NCBI GenBank assembly: GCA_963735915.1 | Contig: CAVTMX010000030.1 | Coordinates: forward strand, 187,501-251,500 | Direction of reading: 5' to 3' | DNA length: 64,000 bases | DNA from: an uncultured Acidobacteriaceae bacterium | GTDB taxonomy: Bacteria; Acidobacteriota; Terriglobia; Terriglobales; Acidobacteriaceae | In this document: positions 41,981-51,792 of the stretch, one piece after another | Layout of the letters: each line of letters starts with the position of its first letter | How positions within the stretch are numbered: the first letter of the stretch is position 1 | Made by a program: the position numbers and the translations under genes | The notes under the pieces: model-generated | Told to the model about the DNA's origin: nothing | Database searches by the model: none | What the model saw: only the letters and a program-made list of their open reading frames with translations

Positions 41981-42697
41981 TTAAGCGGGCTTGAGCTCCC
42001 GGATTCCGCCCGCGGCGGCGACCACAACAACGCTAGCCAACCCGATAAACAATCCGTGGTCGACGATGCCGGCCCGGCCATCGAGTGCGCGCGCCAGCTT
42101 GACGACATCGGGAATCGGTCCGAAGTCGCAATCCAGGATCATATTGCCCTGATCGGTCCGGTACTCCTCGCCGCTGCGCGTCTGCCGCACGATGTACTTC
42201 CCCCTGAGCGACTCCAGAAAGCGCGCCTGCGAGCGCCAGCCGAACGGCATCACCTCGACCGGCAGCACATGCAGGGTACCAAGTCGCGGCGACAGTTTGC
42301 TCTCGTCAAGAATGATGATCTCTTTCGCCGACGCCTGCGCCACCAGCTTCTCGCGCAACAGTGCGCCGCCGCCGCCCTTCACCAGGTTGAGCTGCGGATC
42401 GACTTCGTCGGCGCCATCGATGGTCACGTCGACGTTCTTCGGCAGGTCCTCGGTCAGCATCGGGATCTCGAGCTCGACGGCCGCATCCCAGGACGCGCGT
42501 GACGTTGCAAAGCCGACGATGTCCTTCAGTCCGCCACTCTTGAGCAGCTCGCCGATGCGGCGGATGGCGAAGATGGAGGTTGAGCCGGTGCCGAGTCCGA
42601 CCGTCATCCCGGAGCGGATGTACTGGGTGACGGCGTACTCCGCGGCTTCTTTCTTCAGCGCGGCTTGGGGATCGGGTGATGGTGTCGGTGCGTGCAT
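41981..42697 (-). CDS. rpiA: Ribose-5-phosphate isomerase A
   Basis: GMTVGLGTGSTS, TIDGADEVDPQLNLVKGGGGALLREK, ...GIVDHGLF. Confidence 0.9.
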   Translation of the reverse strand: MHAPTPSPDPQAALKKEAAEYAVTQYIRSGMTVGLGTGSTSIFAIRRIGELLKSGGLKDIVGFATSRASWDAAVELEIPMLTEDLPKNVDVTIDGADEVDPQLNLVKGGGGALLREKLVAQASAKEIIILDESKLSPRLGTLHVLPVEVMPFGWRSQARFLESLRGKYIVRQTRSGEEYRTDQGNMILDCDFGPIPDVVKLARALDGRAGIVDHGLFIGLASVVVVAAAGGIRELKPA

Positions 42698-42722
42698 GGG
42701 CTTCCTTGGAACGAGTGTTTTG

Positions 42723-42746
42723 GGTAGAGCAGGTCTTCAGACCTGC
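42723..42746. repeat. GGTAGAGC-hairpin module
   Basis: ggtagagc overlapping the hairpin gcaggtc-ttca-gacctgc. The same GGTAGAGC-plus-hairpin layout occurs at 51601 and 63640. Confidence 0.55.
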
Positions 42747-42771
42747 GTTCAGCGACATTTCAAGGTTGGTT

Positions 42772-42866
42772 GGTGCCCCAGGTTCGCGTGCGTTTTTTGC
42801 ACGCTAACCTGGGCCATTTGGGATGCGACCCAGGTTAGCCCAAAAGAGGGGCGAACCTGGGGCACC
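42772..42866. repeat. 95-bp nested-palindrome (MITE-like) element between rpiA and pgi
   Basis: Perfect 16-nt terminal inverted repeats, ggtgccccaggttcgc (42772-42787) and gcgaacctggggcacc (42851-42866). Inner hairpins are gcgtgc-gtttttt-gcacgc and taacctggg...cccaggtta. Confidence 0.8.
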
Positions 42867-42871
42867 GTGAC

Positions 42872-44524
42872 TTAGTTTTTCCTGCCCAGCGCGGCGCGAT
42901 AGCGCTTGATCAGCGCATTGGTCGAGCTGTCGTGCTTCAACTGCGGCGCGGCATCGCTCTCCAGCTCCGGCACAATGCGCTTCGCCAGCACCTTGCCCAG
43001 CTCCACGCCCCACTGGTCGAACGAGTCGATGTTCCACACTGCGCCCTGCGTGAACACGTTATGTTCGTAGAGCGCGACCAGCCTGCCGAGAGCCCGCGGC
43101 GTGAGCTTGTCGGCGAGAACCATGTTCGTCGGCCGGTTGCCTTCGCATACCCGGAACGGCGTCTGGAAATCTGGTGAGCCTTCCGCCTTCAGCTCCTCGG
43201 CCGTCTTCCCGAACGCCAGCGCCTCGGCCTGCGCGAACAGGTTGGCCATCAGCAGATCGTGTTGGCTCTTCAGCGGGCTCAGCGGCTGGCAGAAGCCGAT
43301 GAAGTCGCAGGGGATCAGCTTCGTGCCCTGATGGATCAACTGATAGAACGAGTGCTGGCCATCGGTGCCCGGCTCGCCCCAGATGATCGGCCCCGTCTGC
43401 CACTCTACCGGAACGCCTTCGAGGTCGACGTGCTTGCCGTTGCTCTCCATCTGCAGCTGCTGGAGATAGGCGGTAAAACGCTTCAGGTTGTCGGCGTACG
43501 GCATGATGCCGACGGTCTGCGCGCCGAAAAAGTCGTTGTACCACACTGTCAGAAGTCCCATCAATGCCGGCAGGTTCTTCTCCAGCGGGGCGGTGCAGAA
43601 GTGCTCGTCGATGTCGTGGAAGCCGGCCAGCAGCTCGCGGTAATTGTCCGGCCCAATGGCGATCATGTTCGACAAGCCGATGGCTGAATCCATGGAGTAG
43701 CGGCCCCCGACCCAGTCCCAGAAGCCGAACATGTTGGCGGTATCGATGCCGAACTTCGAGACAGCCTCGGCATTGGTGGAAACAGCCACGCAGTGCTTCG
43801 CGATCGCGCTTTCACTCTTCAGCCCGTTCACGATCCAGTCACGTGCAGCGGCGGCGTTGGTCATCGTTTCCAGCGTGGTGAAGGTCTTCGACGAGATGAT
43901 GAACAGCGTCTCGGCGGGATCGATGCCGTGGGTGGCGTCGTGGAAGGCCGCGCCGTCAACATTGGCGACAAAGCGGAAATCCATTGCCGGATCGGCGAAG
44001 TCGCGCAGTGCGGCATTCGTCATCTCCGGCCCCAAGTACGAGCCCCCGATGCCGATGTTGATGACCTTCTTGATGCGCTTGCCGGTGTGACCCTTCCATT
44101 CCCCGCTGCGCACCCGGTTGGCGAATCCCCCCATCTTGTCCAGGACTTCGTGGACTTCAGCGACTACGTCCTTGCCGTCAACTTCAATCTTCGTCCCCTT
44201 CGGCGCGCGCAGCGCGACGTGCAGGACGGCGCGCTTCTCGGTGTTGTTGATCTTCTCGCCGCGGAACATCGCATCACGACGCGCTTCCACGCCGCGCTCG
44301 CGCGCCAGTTCTACCAGCAGCTTCATGGTTTCGTCGGTGACGCGGTTCTTCGAGTAGTCGAGAAACAGCCCGGCGCCCTCGGCGGTCAGGCGCGTCCCAC
44401 GTTGTGGATCATCGGCAAACATTCGCCGGAGATGGACGTCCTTGATCTTCTCGTAATGCGCCTGGAGGTCTTTCCAGGCGGGCGTGTCGACGGGGCGCTG
44501 GGTGGCTATCTTGGCTTCCGGCAT
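42872..44524 (-). CDS. pgi: Glucose-6-phosphate isomerase
   Basis: [43 protein letters not shown]...[13 protein letters not shown]...[11 protein letters not shown]...[10 protein letters not shown]. Met 44524 lies within ORF 42872-44599. Confidence 0.95.
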   Translation of the reverse strand: MPEAKIATQRPVDTPAWKDLQAHYEKIKDVHLRRMFADDPQRGTRLTAEGAGLFLDYSKNRVTDETMKLLVELARERGVEARRDAMFRGEKINNTEKRAVLHVALRAPKGTKIEVDGKDVVAEVHEVLDKMGGFANRVRSGEWKGHTGKRIKKVINIGIGGSYLGPEMTNAALRDFADPAMDFRFVANVDGAAFHDATHGIDPAETLFIISSKTFTTLETMTNAAAARDWIVNGLKSESAIAKHCVAVSTNAEAVSKFGIDTANMFGFWDWVGGRYSMDSAIGLSNMIAIGPDNYRELLAGFHDIDEHFCTAPLEKNLPALMGLLTVWYNDFFGAQTVGIMPYADNLKRFTAYLQQLQMESNGKHVDLEGVPVEWQTGPIIWGEPGTDGQHSFYQLIHQGTKLIPCDFIGFCQPLSPLKSQHDLLMANLFAQAEALAFGKTAEELKAEGSPDFQTPFRVCEGNRPTNMVLADKLTPRALGRLVALYEHNVFTQGAVWNIDSFDQWGVELGKVLAKRIVPELESDAAPQLKHDSSTNALIKRYRAALGRKN

Positions 44525-44595
44525 GGTTTGCTCCTGTTCATGACTGAATGACTGCTGTTTCTGGGTATCCAGATGCGACTTCGAACTCGGGTGGA

Positions 44596-44721
44596 GCACC
44601 GCTTCAGCGGTGCATTACCGTGCAAGTGAAACCCGGCTTCAGCCGCTGCGGTAACCCTTACCTCAGACGCTAAAGCGCAACCTTATGAATTGCTGCGGTC
44701 TTGCACGCCTGAAAGGCGTGC
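44596..44721. repeat. Cluster of TTCAG/CTGAA-loop hairpins between pgi and tal
   Basis: gcaccgc-ttca-gcggtgc (44596-44613), cggcttcagccg (44634-44645), gcacgcc-tgaaa-ggcgtgc (44703-44721). Confidence 0.7.
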
Positions 44722-44743
44722 TCCGCCCGTGAACTGCGTAAAT

Positions 44744-45820
44744 CTACTTCAGCGCTTTGCTCTTGCTCTCGATTGACTCGAGCAAGTTCTTCCACGAATC
44801 CACAAACGACTTCGCGCCGTCGCTCTGCAAGTCGGCGGCGAGCTTCGTCACATCGATACCCGTGCGGGTGATCGCCATCAACACCTGCTCGCAGTCGCCG
44901 CCGTCGCGCGGGACTGGATTGCACACCTCGCCATGGTCCGCGAAAGCGAGCAGCGTCTCCTCCGGCATGGTGTCGATGGTATTCGGCGCGGCGAACTGGC
45001 CGATGTACATCACGTCCGAAGCTTTCGGATCTTTCGTCCCGGTGCTGGCAAATAGCAGCCGCTGCGGACGCGCGCCCAGGCCCTCCAGCCGCTGCCAGCG
45101 CTCGGACTCCAGCACATCGCGATAGGCCTTGTAGGCCTGCCGCCCAATCGCTGGACCAAGTTTGTTGCGCAGCTCCGACGGGAGCTTGTCCATCGTGGAC
45201 TTGTCCCAGCGGCTAACAAACAGCGACGCCACCGAGCGCACGTCGGGGCTCAGGCCGGCTTCCACCCGGCGCTCCAGACCTCGCATGTAGGCATCGGCCG
45301 CGCCCAGATAATGATTGCGATCGAACAGCAGCGTGACATTCACGGTGACGCCCGCAAAGATCGCCTCTTCAATCGCGAACCTGCCCTCCGGCGTTCCCGG
45401 AATCTTGATAAACACATTGGGTCGCGCGGCCTGCCGGTGCAGCTTCTTGGCGACCTCGACCGTCATCCTGGCGTCATACGCCAGCAGCGGTGAGACCTCC
45501 AGCGACACCCATCCATCCACCGTTGCCGTGCGCTCGTGAATCGGCGCGAACAAATCCGCAGCCCGCCGCAGATCGTCGATCGCCATCTCGAAAAACGCGT
45601 CTTCCGTTGTCATCCCGGAAGACATGAGACGCCCCATATCGTCGTTGTAGGCGTCCCCCTTCGACATGGCGTGGTCGAAGATGGTCGGGTTCGACGTCAG
45701 ACCGGTAACTGAGAGCTCGTCGATATAGTGTTTCAGCGTGCCGTTGTCGAGCATCTGGCGCGTGATGTTGTCCAGCCAGAGGCTCTGACCCAGCTCATGT
45801 AGTTGTTGCGTGGGTTTCAT
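44744..45820 (-). CDS. tal: Transaldolase (long form)
   Basis: GQSLWLDNITRQML...TGLTSNPTIF..., VFIKIPGTPEG, ...ASTGTKDP... Confidence 0.9.
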   Translation of the reverse strand: MKPTQQLHELGQSLWLDNITRQMLDNGTLKHYIDELSVTGLTSNPTIFDHAMSKGDAYNDDMGRLMSSGMTTEDAFFEMAIDDLRRAADLFAPIHERTATVDGWVSLEVSPLLAYDARMTVEVAKKLHRQAARPNVFIKIPGTPEGRFAIEEAIFAGVTVNVTLLFDRNHYLGAADAYMRGLERRVEAGLSPDVRSVASLFVSRWDKSTMDKLPSELRNKLGPAIGRQAYKAYRDVLESERWQRLEGLGARPQRLLFASTGTKDPKASDVMYIGQFAAPNTIDTMPEETLLAFADHGEVCNPVPRDGGDCEQVLMAITRTGIDVTKLAADLQSDGAKSFVDSWKNLLESIESKSKALK

Positions 45821-45850
45821 CTGTTTCGGCTCCTACCCTACAGATTCGCC

Positions 45851-46603
45851 TCAAGCGCCTTGAGATGCGGCCCGTTTCATCGGCAGGAAGTCCGATTTCT
45901 TCATGTGCAGCATGTCTGCGATACGGCGAATGCTGAAGTCGGCGGCAGGGTACTTCGCGTTAGCCGCCTTGTCGGCGGCGTAATGTCCCTGCTGTACGAA
46001 CACCGTAGTCACGCGGTCCTTCCAGATCTCCTTGATGGCCGCCAGCAGCCGCAACTTGTCGTCCACCATCACGTAGTGTTTCGCCGGATAGAACTTTTCC
46101 ACCCAATCCAGCTCGCGTTCTTTGTGGATGAAGATCAGCACGTTTCCGCCAAAGCCCTTCCATAGCCCGGCCTGCTCGACTTTGCGCGGCTGGAAGACGG
46201 CGTCGCCATCGGAGAGGATCGCCGCCTTGCCCCAGCGCCGGCACTGCTCGACCACATCGTGCGCGCCGGGAAAGACGCGCTTGGCGAACGGATATTCGAT
46301 CAGCCAGTTGGAGGTGCTAAGAAAGCGCGGGTCATGCATCTTCTCCAGGCGATAACGCTCAATGGCGCCCAGATAATCGGCATATCCGAGTTCCTTGCGC
46401 AGCTCTTCGTAGATTTCGTGGTAGCGCTGGCGCGCCTCCGTCCCGAAGGCCCGTCCGATGTGGCCGAACAGGTCGCTCGACATGCGATCGTTGTCGAACA
46501 GCGTGTTGTCCACATCGAACAGGAAAACCAGCTCGTGCTCCGCATTCCGCGAGGAGGCGGCGCGCTTCTTACTCTGCGACGGCGCTGCTTTCTTTGCGCT
46601 CAT
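45851..46603 (-). CDS. HAD-superfamily hydrolase embedded in the zwf-tal string
   Basis: DxDxT motif LFDVDNTLFDN, ...AILSDGD..., ...MVDDKL... Met 46603 lies 2 nt after the zwf stop. Confidence 0.7.
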   Translation of the reverse strand: MSAKKAAPSQSKKRAASSRNAEHELVFLFDVDNTLFDNDRMSSDLFGHIGRAFGTEARQRYHEIYEELRKELGYADYLGAIERYRLEKMHDPRFLSTSNWLIEYPFAKRVFPGAHDVVEQCRRWGKAAILSDGDAVFQPRKVEQAGLWKGFGGNVLIFIHKERELDWVEKFYPAKHYVMVDDKLRLLAAIKEIWKDRVTTVFVQQGHYAADKAANAKYPAADFSIRRIADMLHMKKSDFLPMKRAASQGA

Positions 46604-46605
46604 GG

Positions 46606-48030
46606 TTAGTGTCCTGCCGCCTGCGAGCGGCCTTCCTCTTGCGTCGGTTTGGGATCGATCCACGGCCCGTCGCCTCCGATGAGCTGGCAGATCTCGTCCG
46701 GACCCCAGCTTCCCGGCTCGTAGCCGTACACTGGCGTCACGTTGTCGAGCACCGGCTGCACCACGCGCCACTGCGCCTCCACCAGGTCCTGGCGCGCGAA
46801 GAGCTCGCCCTTGCCGTGCATGGCATCGCCCAGCAGGCGCTCGTAAGGCGGCATCTCGTGCGCCGCGTGGCTCTTCAATTCCAGCTCCACGTCCTGCCCC
46901 GCCATGCGCTCGCCGGGCACCTTCACGCGCACACCCATGCCTATGACGATGTCGGGACTGACCCGGAAGCGCATGTGCGAGGAGCGCAGCGGCACCAGCT
47001 CATGGTAGGTCTCGCGCGGCGGACGCTTGAATTCCACGACCGCCTCCATGCAGGTCATGGGCAGGACCTTGCCGGCGCGGATGTAGATGGGCACGCCCGC
47101 CCAGCGCCAGCTATCGATGAAGCAGCGGATGGCGACGAACGTCTCCACCGTCGATGCGGGCGCCACACCAGCGACGTCCTTGTAGCCGTTGTATTGCCCG
47201 CGCACGATGTCGTTCGGCGTGAGCGGACGCACGGCTTTCAGCAATGCCGCTTTCGAATCGCGATCGGCTTCGTTGTCCTCGCCCGTGGGCGGATCCATCG
47301 TCAGGTTCGCCAGCACCTGGAGCATGTGGTTCTGTACCACGTCGCGCAGCGCGCCGGTCTCGTCATAGAACTTGCCGCGATCGCTTACGCCAAAGCTCTC
47401 GGCCATCGTGATCTGAATGCTGCGAATGTGGTCGCGGTTCCAGATAGGCTCGAAGATGGGATTGGCAAAGCGGGTGTAGATGATGTTCTGCACCGGCTCC
47501 TTGCCCAGGTAGTGGTCGATGCGATAGATGGCGCTTTCGGGGAAGACCTTGTGCAAGGCGCGATTCAGTTCCAGCGCGGTTTCCAGGTTGTGGCCGAAGG
47601 GCTTTTCGATGACCACGCGCGAGTTGTTCGAGCATCCCGCCTTCTGCAAGCCTTGCGCCACCGTGCCGAACAAGCTGGGAGGCACGGCCAGATAGTGCAG
47701 TGGCGCCTGCGACTTACCCAGTTGCTTGCGCAGCTCGGTGAAGGTGGCCGGATCGCCGTAGTCGCCGTCCACGTAGCGCAGCAGGGTGAGCATCTTCTCG
47801 AACGCTGCCTGCTCCAGCCCGCCATGATGCTCCAGGCTGTCCTTGGCGCGGGCCTTGAGCTGATCGAGGTTCCATCCGGCTTTGGCGACGCCGATGATGG
47901 GCACGTTCATTCCCTGATCGCGGATGAGGTTTTGCAGCGACGGGAAAATTTGTTTGTAGGCCAGGTCGCCCGTGGCCCCGAAGAATACGAACGCATCCGA
48001 ATGTCCGTTAGCATGTTCGTTTGACGTCAT
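46606..48030 (-). CDS. zwf: Glucose-6-phosphate 1-dehydrogenase
   Basis: FVFFGATGDLAYKQIFPSL, EKPFG, YRIDHYLGKE. Met 48030 lies within ORF 46606-48108. Confidence 0.95.
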   Translation of the reverse strand: MTSNEHANGHSDAFVFFGATGDLAYKQIFPSLQNLIRDQGMNVPIIGVAKAGWNLDQLKARAKDSLEHHGGLEQAAFEKMLTLLRYVDGDYGDPATFTELRKQLGKSQAPLHYLAVPPSLFGTVAQGLQKAGCSNNSRVVIEKPFGHNLETALELNRALHKVFPESAIYRIDHYLGKEPVQNIIYTRFANPIFEPIWNRDHIRSIQITMAESFGVSDRGKFYDETGALRDVVQNHMLQVLANLTMDPPTGEDNEADRDSKAALLKAVRPLTPNDIVRGQYNGYKDVAGVAPASTVETFVAIRCFIDSWRWAGVPIYIRAGKVLPMTCMEAVVEFKRPPRETYHELVPLRSSHMRFRVSPDIVIGMGVRVKVPGERMAGQDVELELKSHAAHEMPPYERLLGDAMHGKGELFARQDLVEAQWRVVQPVLDNVTPVYGYEPGSWGPDEICQLIGGDGPWIDPKPTQEEGRSQAAGH

Positions 48031-48044
48031 TTTGTCCCCATTAA

Positions 48045-48229
48045 GCGCCCTTGGGCGCCCGCGAGATTTGAAAGGGCACGGCTTTAGCCGTGCCGTCTCG
48101 AGATTCATTGAATGACGGCTTTAGCCGCTGAGGGGACTTAGCACTCGAACGAAGTACGAGTTCCCTCAGGGGCTAAAGCCCAGCCTGTTTTACGCCGTAG
48201 TGGCACGGCTGAAGCCGTGCCCTTTCAAA
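48045..48229. repeat. MITE-like composite between zwf and tkt with 28-nt terminal inverted repeats
   Basis: tttgaaagggcacggctttagccgtgcc (48067-48094) versus ggcacggctgaagccgtgccctttcaaa (48202-48229). Inner hairpins are cggctttagccg, ctgagggga...tccctcag and gggctaaagccc. An additional hairpin gcgccc-tt-gggcgc lies at 48045-48058. Confidence 0.8.
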
Positions 48230-48264
48230 ACCGATTCCACGAGACGGCCGACGGGCGCTCGTTG

Positions 48265-50371
48265 CTAGTTGCTGGCCGCTTTCTTCATCGCTTCCTTCGC
48301 CGCGCTGACGACGTGGTCCACGGTGAAGCCGAAGTGCTCCATCACGACCTTCATGGGCGCGGACATGCCGAAGGTGCTCATGCCCAGCACGACGCCATTG
48401 CGTCCGGCATAGCGCTCCCACCCGATCGGCGACGCTTCTTCAACCGTCACGCGCGCGCCCACCGATGGCGGCAGCACGCTGTCGCGATAGGCCTGGTCCT
48501 GTGCGTCGAACAGCGCCCATGCCGGCATGCTGACCACGCGCGTCTTCACGCCTTCGGCCGTCAGCTTGTTCCCATGCCTTGACAGCAAAGACCGACTTCG
48601 CTGCCGCAGCCGATCAGGATCACGTCCGGCTTGCCGTCTGGCGCATCGGCCAGAACGTAGGCGCCCTTTGCCGACCGCTGGCCGCGGCAAACTTCGTGCG
48701 ATCGTAGATCGGCAGTGCCTGCCGGCTGCAGACGATCGCGCAACGGATGATCCTTCGACGACATCGCCACGCGATACGCTTCCACCAACTCGTTGGCGTC
48801 GGCAGGTCGGATGACGATCATGCCCGGCACGGCGCGCAGCGAGACCAACTGCTCGATGGGCTGATGCGTCGGCCCATCCTCACCCAGGCTGATGGTGTCG
48901 TGCGTCCAGATGTGCAGCGCTGGGATGTCCATCAGCGACGAGAGCCGGATGGCGCCGCGCGCGTAATCGGTGAAGATCAGGAAGCCGGAGCCGAAGGCGC
49001 GCAAGCCGGTGAGCACCATGCCGTTGACGATGGCGCACATGGCGTGCTCGCGAATACCGAAGTGGAAGTTGCGGCCTTTGTAGTTGCCGAGCTGGTGTCG
49101 CCTGGAAGTCGCCGGCGAACTCGAACTCCAGCCGCGTCTTGGTGCTGGGATACAGATCGGCGGCGCCGCCCAGCAGCCACGGAATCTTCTGCGCGAGTGC
49201 GTTCAGCACCTTGCCCGAAGCATCGCGCGTCGACATGCCTCTCTCGCTCGTCGGGAAGCTGGGCAGCGCCTTCTCCCAACCCGCAGGCAGATCGCGTTTG
49301 TTCATGCGCTCGATGTTGGTCGGCCAGGTCGGGATACTGCGCCTTGTAACGGGCGAACATCTCGTCCCACTCCTTCCGCAGCTTCGCGCCGCGCGCGCCC
49401 ATGCCTTTGGCGAAGTGCTCGCGCACCTCCGGCGGCACCACGAACGACTCGTCGGGCGAGAAGCCGAAGAACTCTTTCGTCAGCCGCACTTCTTCCGGCC
49501 CGAGCGGCTCGCCGTGCGCGGCCGAGGTGTCCTGCTTGTGCGGCGCGCCGTAGCCAATGTGGCTGTGCACCACGATCAGCGTGGGACGATCTTTCGGCGT
49601 CATGGAAGTGCTTCAGCGCGCGCTCGACCTGCTCGATATCGTTGGGGTCGCTGACGCGGTGCACCTCCCAGCCATATGCCAGGAAGCGCGACGCTACGTC
49701 CTCGGTGAACGAAATGTCGGTGTGGCCCTCGATGGTCACGCGGTTGGAGTCGTAGATCCAGCAAAGGTTCGACAGCTTCAGGTGCGCGGCCAGCGACGCC
49801 GCTTCGCTGACGAGACGCCTTCCTTCAGGCAGCCATCGCCGCACAGCGCATACGCGTTGAAGTTGAACAGGTCGAAACCTGGACGGTTGTAGGTTGCTGC
49901 CAGCCACTTGCTTGAAATCGCCATGCCGACGCTGGTCGCAAGCCCCTGACCCAGCGGTCCGGTTGTCGCTTCCACTCCGGTGGTCCAGCCGTACTCCGGA
50001 TGTCCCGGGCAGCGGCTCCCTTCCTGGCGAAACGCCTTCAGGTCGTCGACCGTCACCGCCTCGCGATCGGCGCCCTTGTAGCTGGCGTTCGCGGCCTTGA
50101 TTCCGGCGCAGTGAATCAGCGCATACAGCAGCATGGAAGCGTGTCCCGCCGAAAGCACGAAGCGATCGCGATTGGGCCACCACGGATTTTGCGGATCGTA
50201 ACGCAGCGCCTTCTGCCACACGGTATAGGCGGTAGGTGCGGCCCCCATCGGCGTGCCTGGGTGGCCGGAATTGGCCTTTTGCACGCCATCGATCGCTAAC
50301 GTGCGAATAGTGTTGACTGCCAGCTGGTCCAACGCGCTGGTTGACGCTTCGCGTGCCTGTTGCGGAATCAT
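48265..50371 (-). pseudogene. tkt: Transketolase; at least 6 frameshifts as assembled
   Basis: ...ANSGHPGTPMGAAP..., GDGCLKEGVS|EAASLAAHLKLSNLCWIYDSNRVTIEG, ...PTLIVVHSHIGYGAP..., ...HFGIREHAMCAIVNG..., THDTISLGEDGPTHQPIEQ, ...VVSMPAWALFD..., spread over ORFs 49778-50371, 49302-50219, 48977-49603, 48880-49305, 48561-49040 and 48265-48690. Confidence 0.9.
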
Positions 50372-50457
50372 AGAACCATCCTCGGTTTAATTCTTGCTTG
50401 CTTTCGGAGAGATTCGGTTGCGGTGAAACTTAAAAGCCTAACGTTGAAGTGCGGGGA

Positions 50458-50485
50458 ATTTTATCTCATCTAGACGAATAAGCAA
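50458..50485 (-). promoter_or_regulatory. Candidate sigma70 promoter of the tkt string (TTGCTT-N16-TAAAAT)
   Basis: On the minus strand, TTGCTT lies at 50485-50480 and TAAAAT at 50463-50458, about 85 nt upstream of the tkt ATG, in an AT-rich spacer. Confidence 0.3.
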
Positions 50486-50581
50486 ACAAAATCGTGAGCC
50501 GATTGCGATAGCGTCAAAAGGCGCTGCCCAAGCGGGTTAAGTAGCCTTAGTCGAGGCGAACTGGGGCATACGAAAAATCGT

Positions 50582-51595
50582 CTAAACCGGCCCGCCACGC
50601 TCGACTTTTTGGACGAAAGCTATCGCCTGACGCTCCGCCCAGCGCCCGTCGTATCCGTTGGGACTAGCCAAAAAGGCGCAGTGTCCACCGTGTTTTGTTT
50701 CCACGAAGGTGATGTGAGGATTGTTGAGCAGCTTTTCGCGAGTGGGCGGAAGCACGCGGATGAACGGGTCGTCTTCCGCGTGAAGGATGAGCGTCGGCAC
50801 CGCGATGCGGTCCAGGACGTTGGCGGAAGCCGCGCGGGCGTAGTAGTCATCCGCATCGCGATAGCCGCAGTAGGGCGACACAATCTGGTCATCGTACTCG
50901 CGGATGCTGCGCAGCCGGCGCAAATCGCGGCGGCTGACCGTGTAGCGCTCGGGATAGAGCGTCGCCTTGCGCAACATACGGCGCCGCAGGCCGTTCAGAA
51001 ATTTCCACTCGTAGATGCGATTGCCGGGACGGTGCAGCGCATCGGCCGACGGTGCCAGATCCATGACGGGAGAGACGCCCACCCCGGCCCTCACTTCAGG
51101 CGGCGCCTGCTCGCCCCATTCCCCCAGCAGCTTTAGTACGAGATTTCCTCCCATCGAATAGCCCACCAGCGCCAGCTTGCGCACGCCGTCTTCCGCGATG
51201 AGCGTCCGCGCCACCGCGCCCACATCGCCTGACATGCTGGAGTTGTACAGCGTTGGTCCAAGGTTCTCCGTATCGCCGCAATTGCGCATGTTCATGCGCA
51301 CAACGTTCATCCCCGCCGCCCAGGCTTTGCTGCCGGTGCCGATGACGTATTGCGACTCGCTGGAGCCTTCCAGTCCGTGCACGATGACAAGCGTCATCGT
51401 CGAGCGCCGGTCGGCCTGCCAATGGCAATGGCAGAGCACCTGTACTTCGGGCTCCACGCTGAACAGGCGCTCTTCAGGAGGAGGCAACAGGTTCTGGCGC
51501 GGCAGGAAATTGCCAACAATGGTCTGCGCATGTCCACCGGTGAGGAAGCGGCGCGGACGAAACGGCTCGCCGAAGTTGTCTTGCGGAGTTGGCAT
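50582..51595 (-). CDS. YheT-type alpha/beta hydrolase
   Basis: ...FLTGGHAQT..., LVIVHGLEGSSES, LVGYSMGGN (GxSxG), ...ILHAEDDPF..., ...KHGGHCAF. Confidence 0.75.
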   Translation of the reverse strand: MPTPQDNFGEPFRPRRFLTGGHAQTIVGNFLPRQNLLPPPEERLFSVEPEVQVLCHCHWQADRRSTMTLVIVHGLEGSSESQYVIGTGSKAWAAGMNVVRMNMRNCGDTENLGPTLYNSSMSGDVGAVARTLIAEDGVRKLALVGYSMGGNLVLKLLGEWGEQAPPEVRAGVGVSPVMDLAPSADALHRPGNRIYEWKFLNGLRRRMLRKATLYPERYTVSRRDLRRLRSIREYDDQIVSPYCGYRDADDYYARAASANVLDRIAVPTLILHAEDDPFIRVLPPTREKLLNNPHITFVETKHGGHCAFLASPNGYDGRWAERQAIAFVQKVERGGPV

Positions 51596-51600
51596 TTTCA

Positions 51601-51743
51601 GGTAGAGCGGCGCTTCAGCGCCGCGTTGCTGCGACGTTGATTGTAAGAGAGCCCGCTTTAGCGGGCGACACCCTGCCGTCGGCTTCAGGCCGACTCGAAC
51701 CCTAAGAACCAGCTTGGACGCGGGCCTGAAGGCCCGCTCTACC
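51601..51743. repeat. Hairpin-repeat composite bounded by GGTAGAGCG / CGCTCTACC
   Basis: Four hairpins: gcggcgc-ttca-gcgccgc (51607-51624), gcccgc-ttta-gcgggc (51651-51666), gtcggc-ttcag-gccgac (51678-51694), gcgggcc-tgaa-ggcccgc (51720-51737). The outer inverted 9-mers lie at 51601-51609 and 51735-51743. Confidence 0.75.
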
Positions 51744-51792
51744 CGTTAGCCTGTTTACAGCAGGCTTACGTCGACCCGCGCGAAAATTTGGA

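Noticed and set aside
44525-44599. N-terminal extensions offered by the ORF track (pgi 44599, zwf 48108, pxpC 7994, HAD 46771, PPIase 19241, htrA 22996, pheS 37868)
   Set aside because: The extensions run through repeat or spacer sequence or through the upstream gene. Internal starts match the conserved N-termini, signal peptides or coupling signals.
46594-48024. 476-aa ORF on the plus strand
   Set aside because: Shadow ORF opposite zwf, which carries the diagnostic RIDHYLGKE and GATGDLA motifs.
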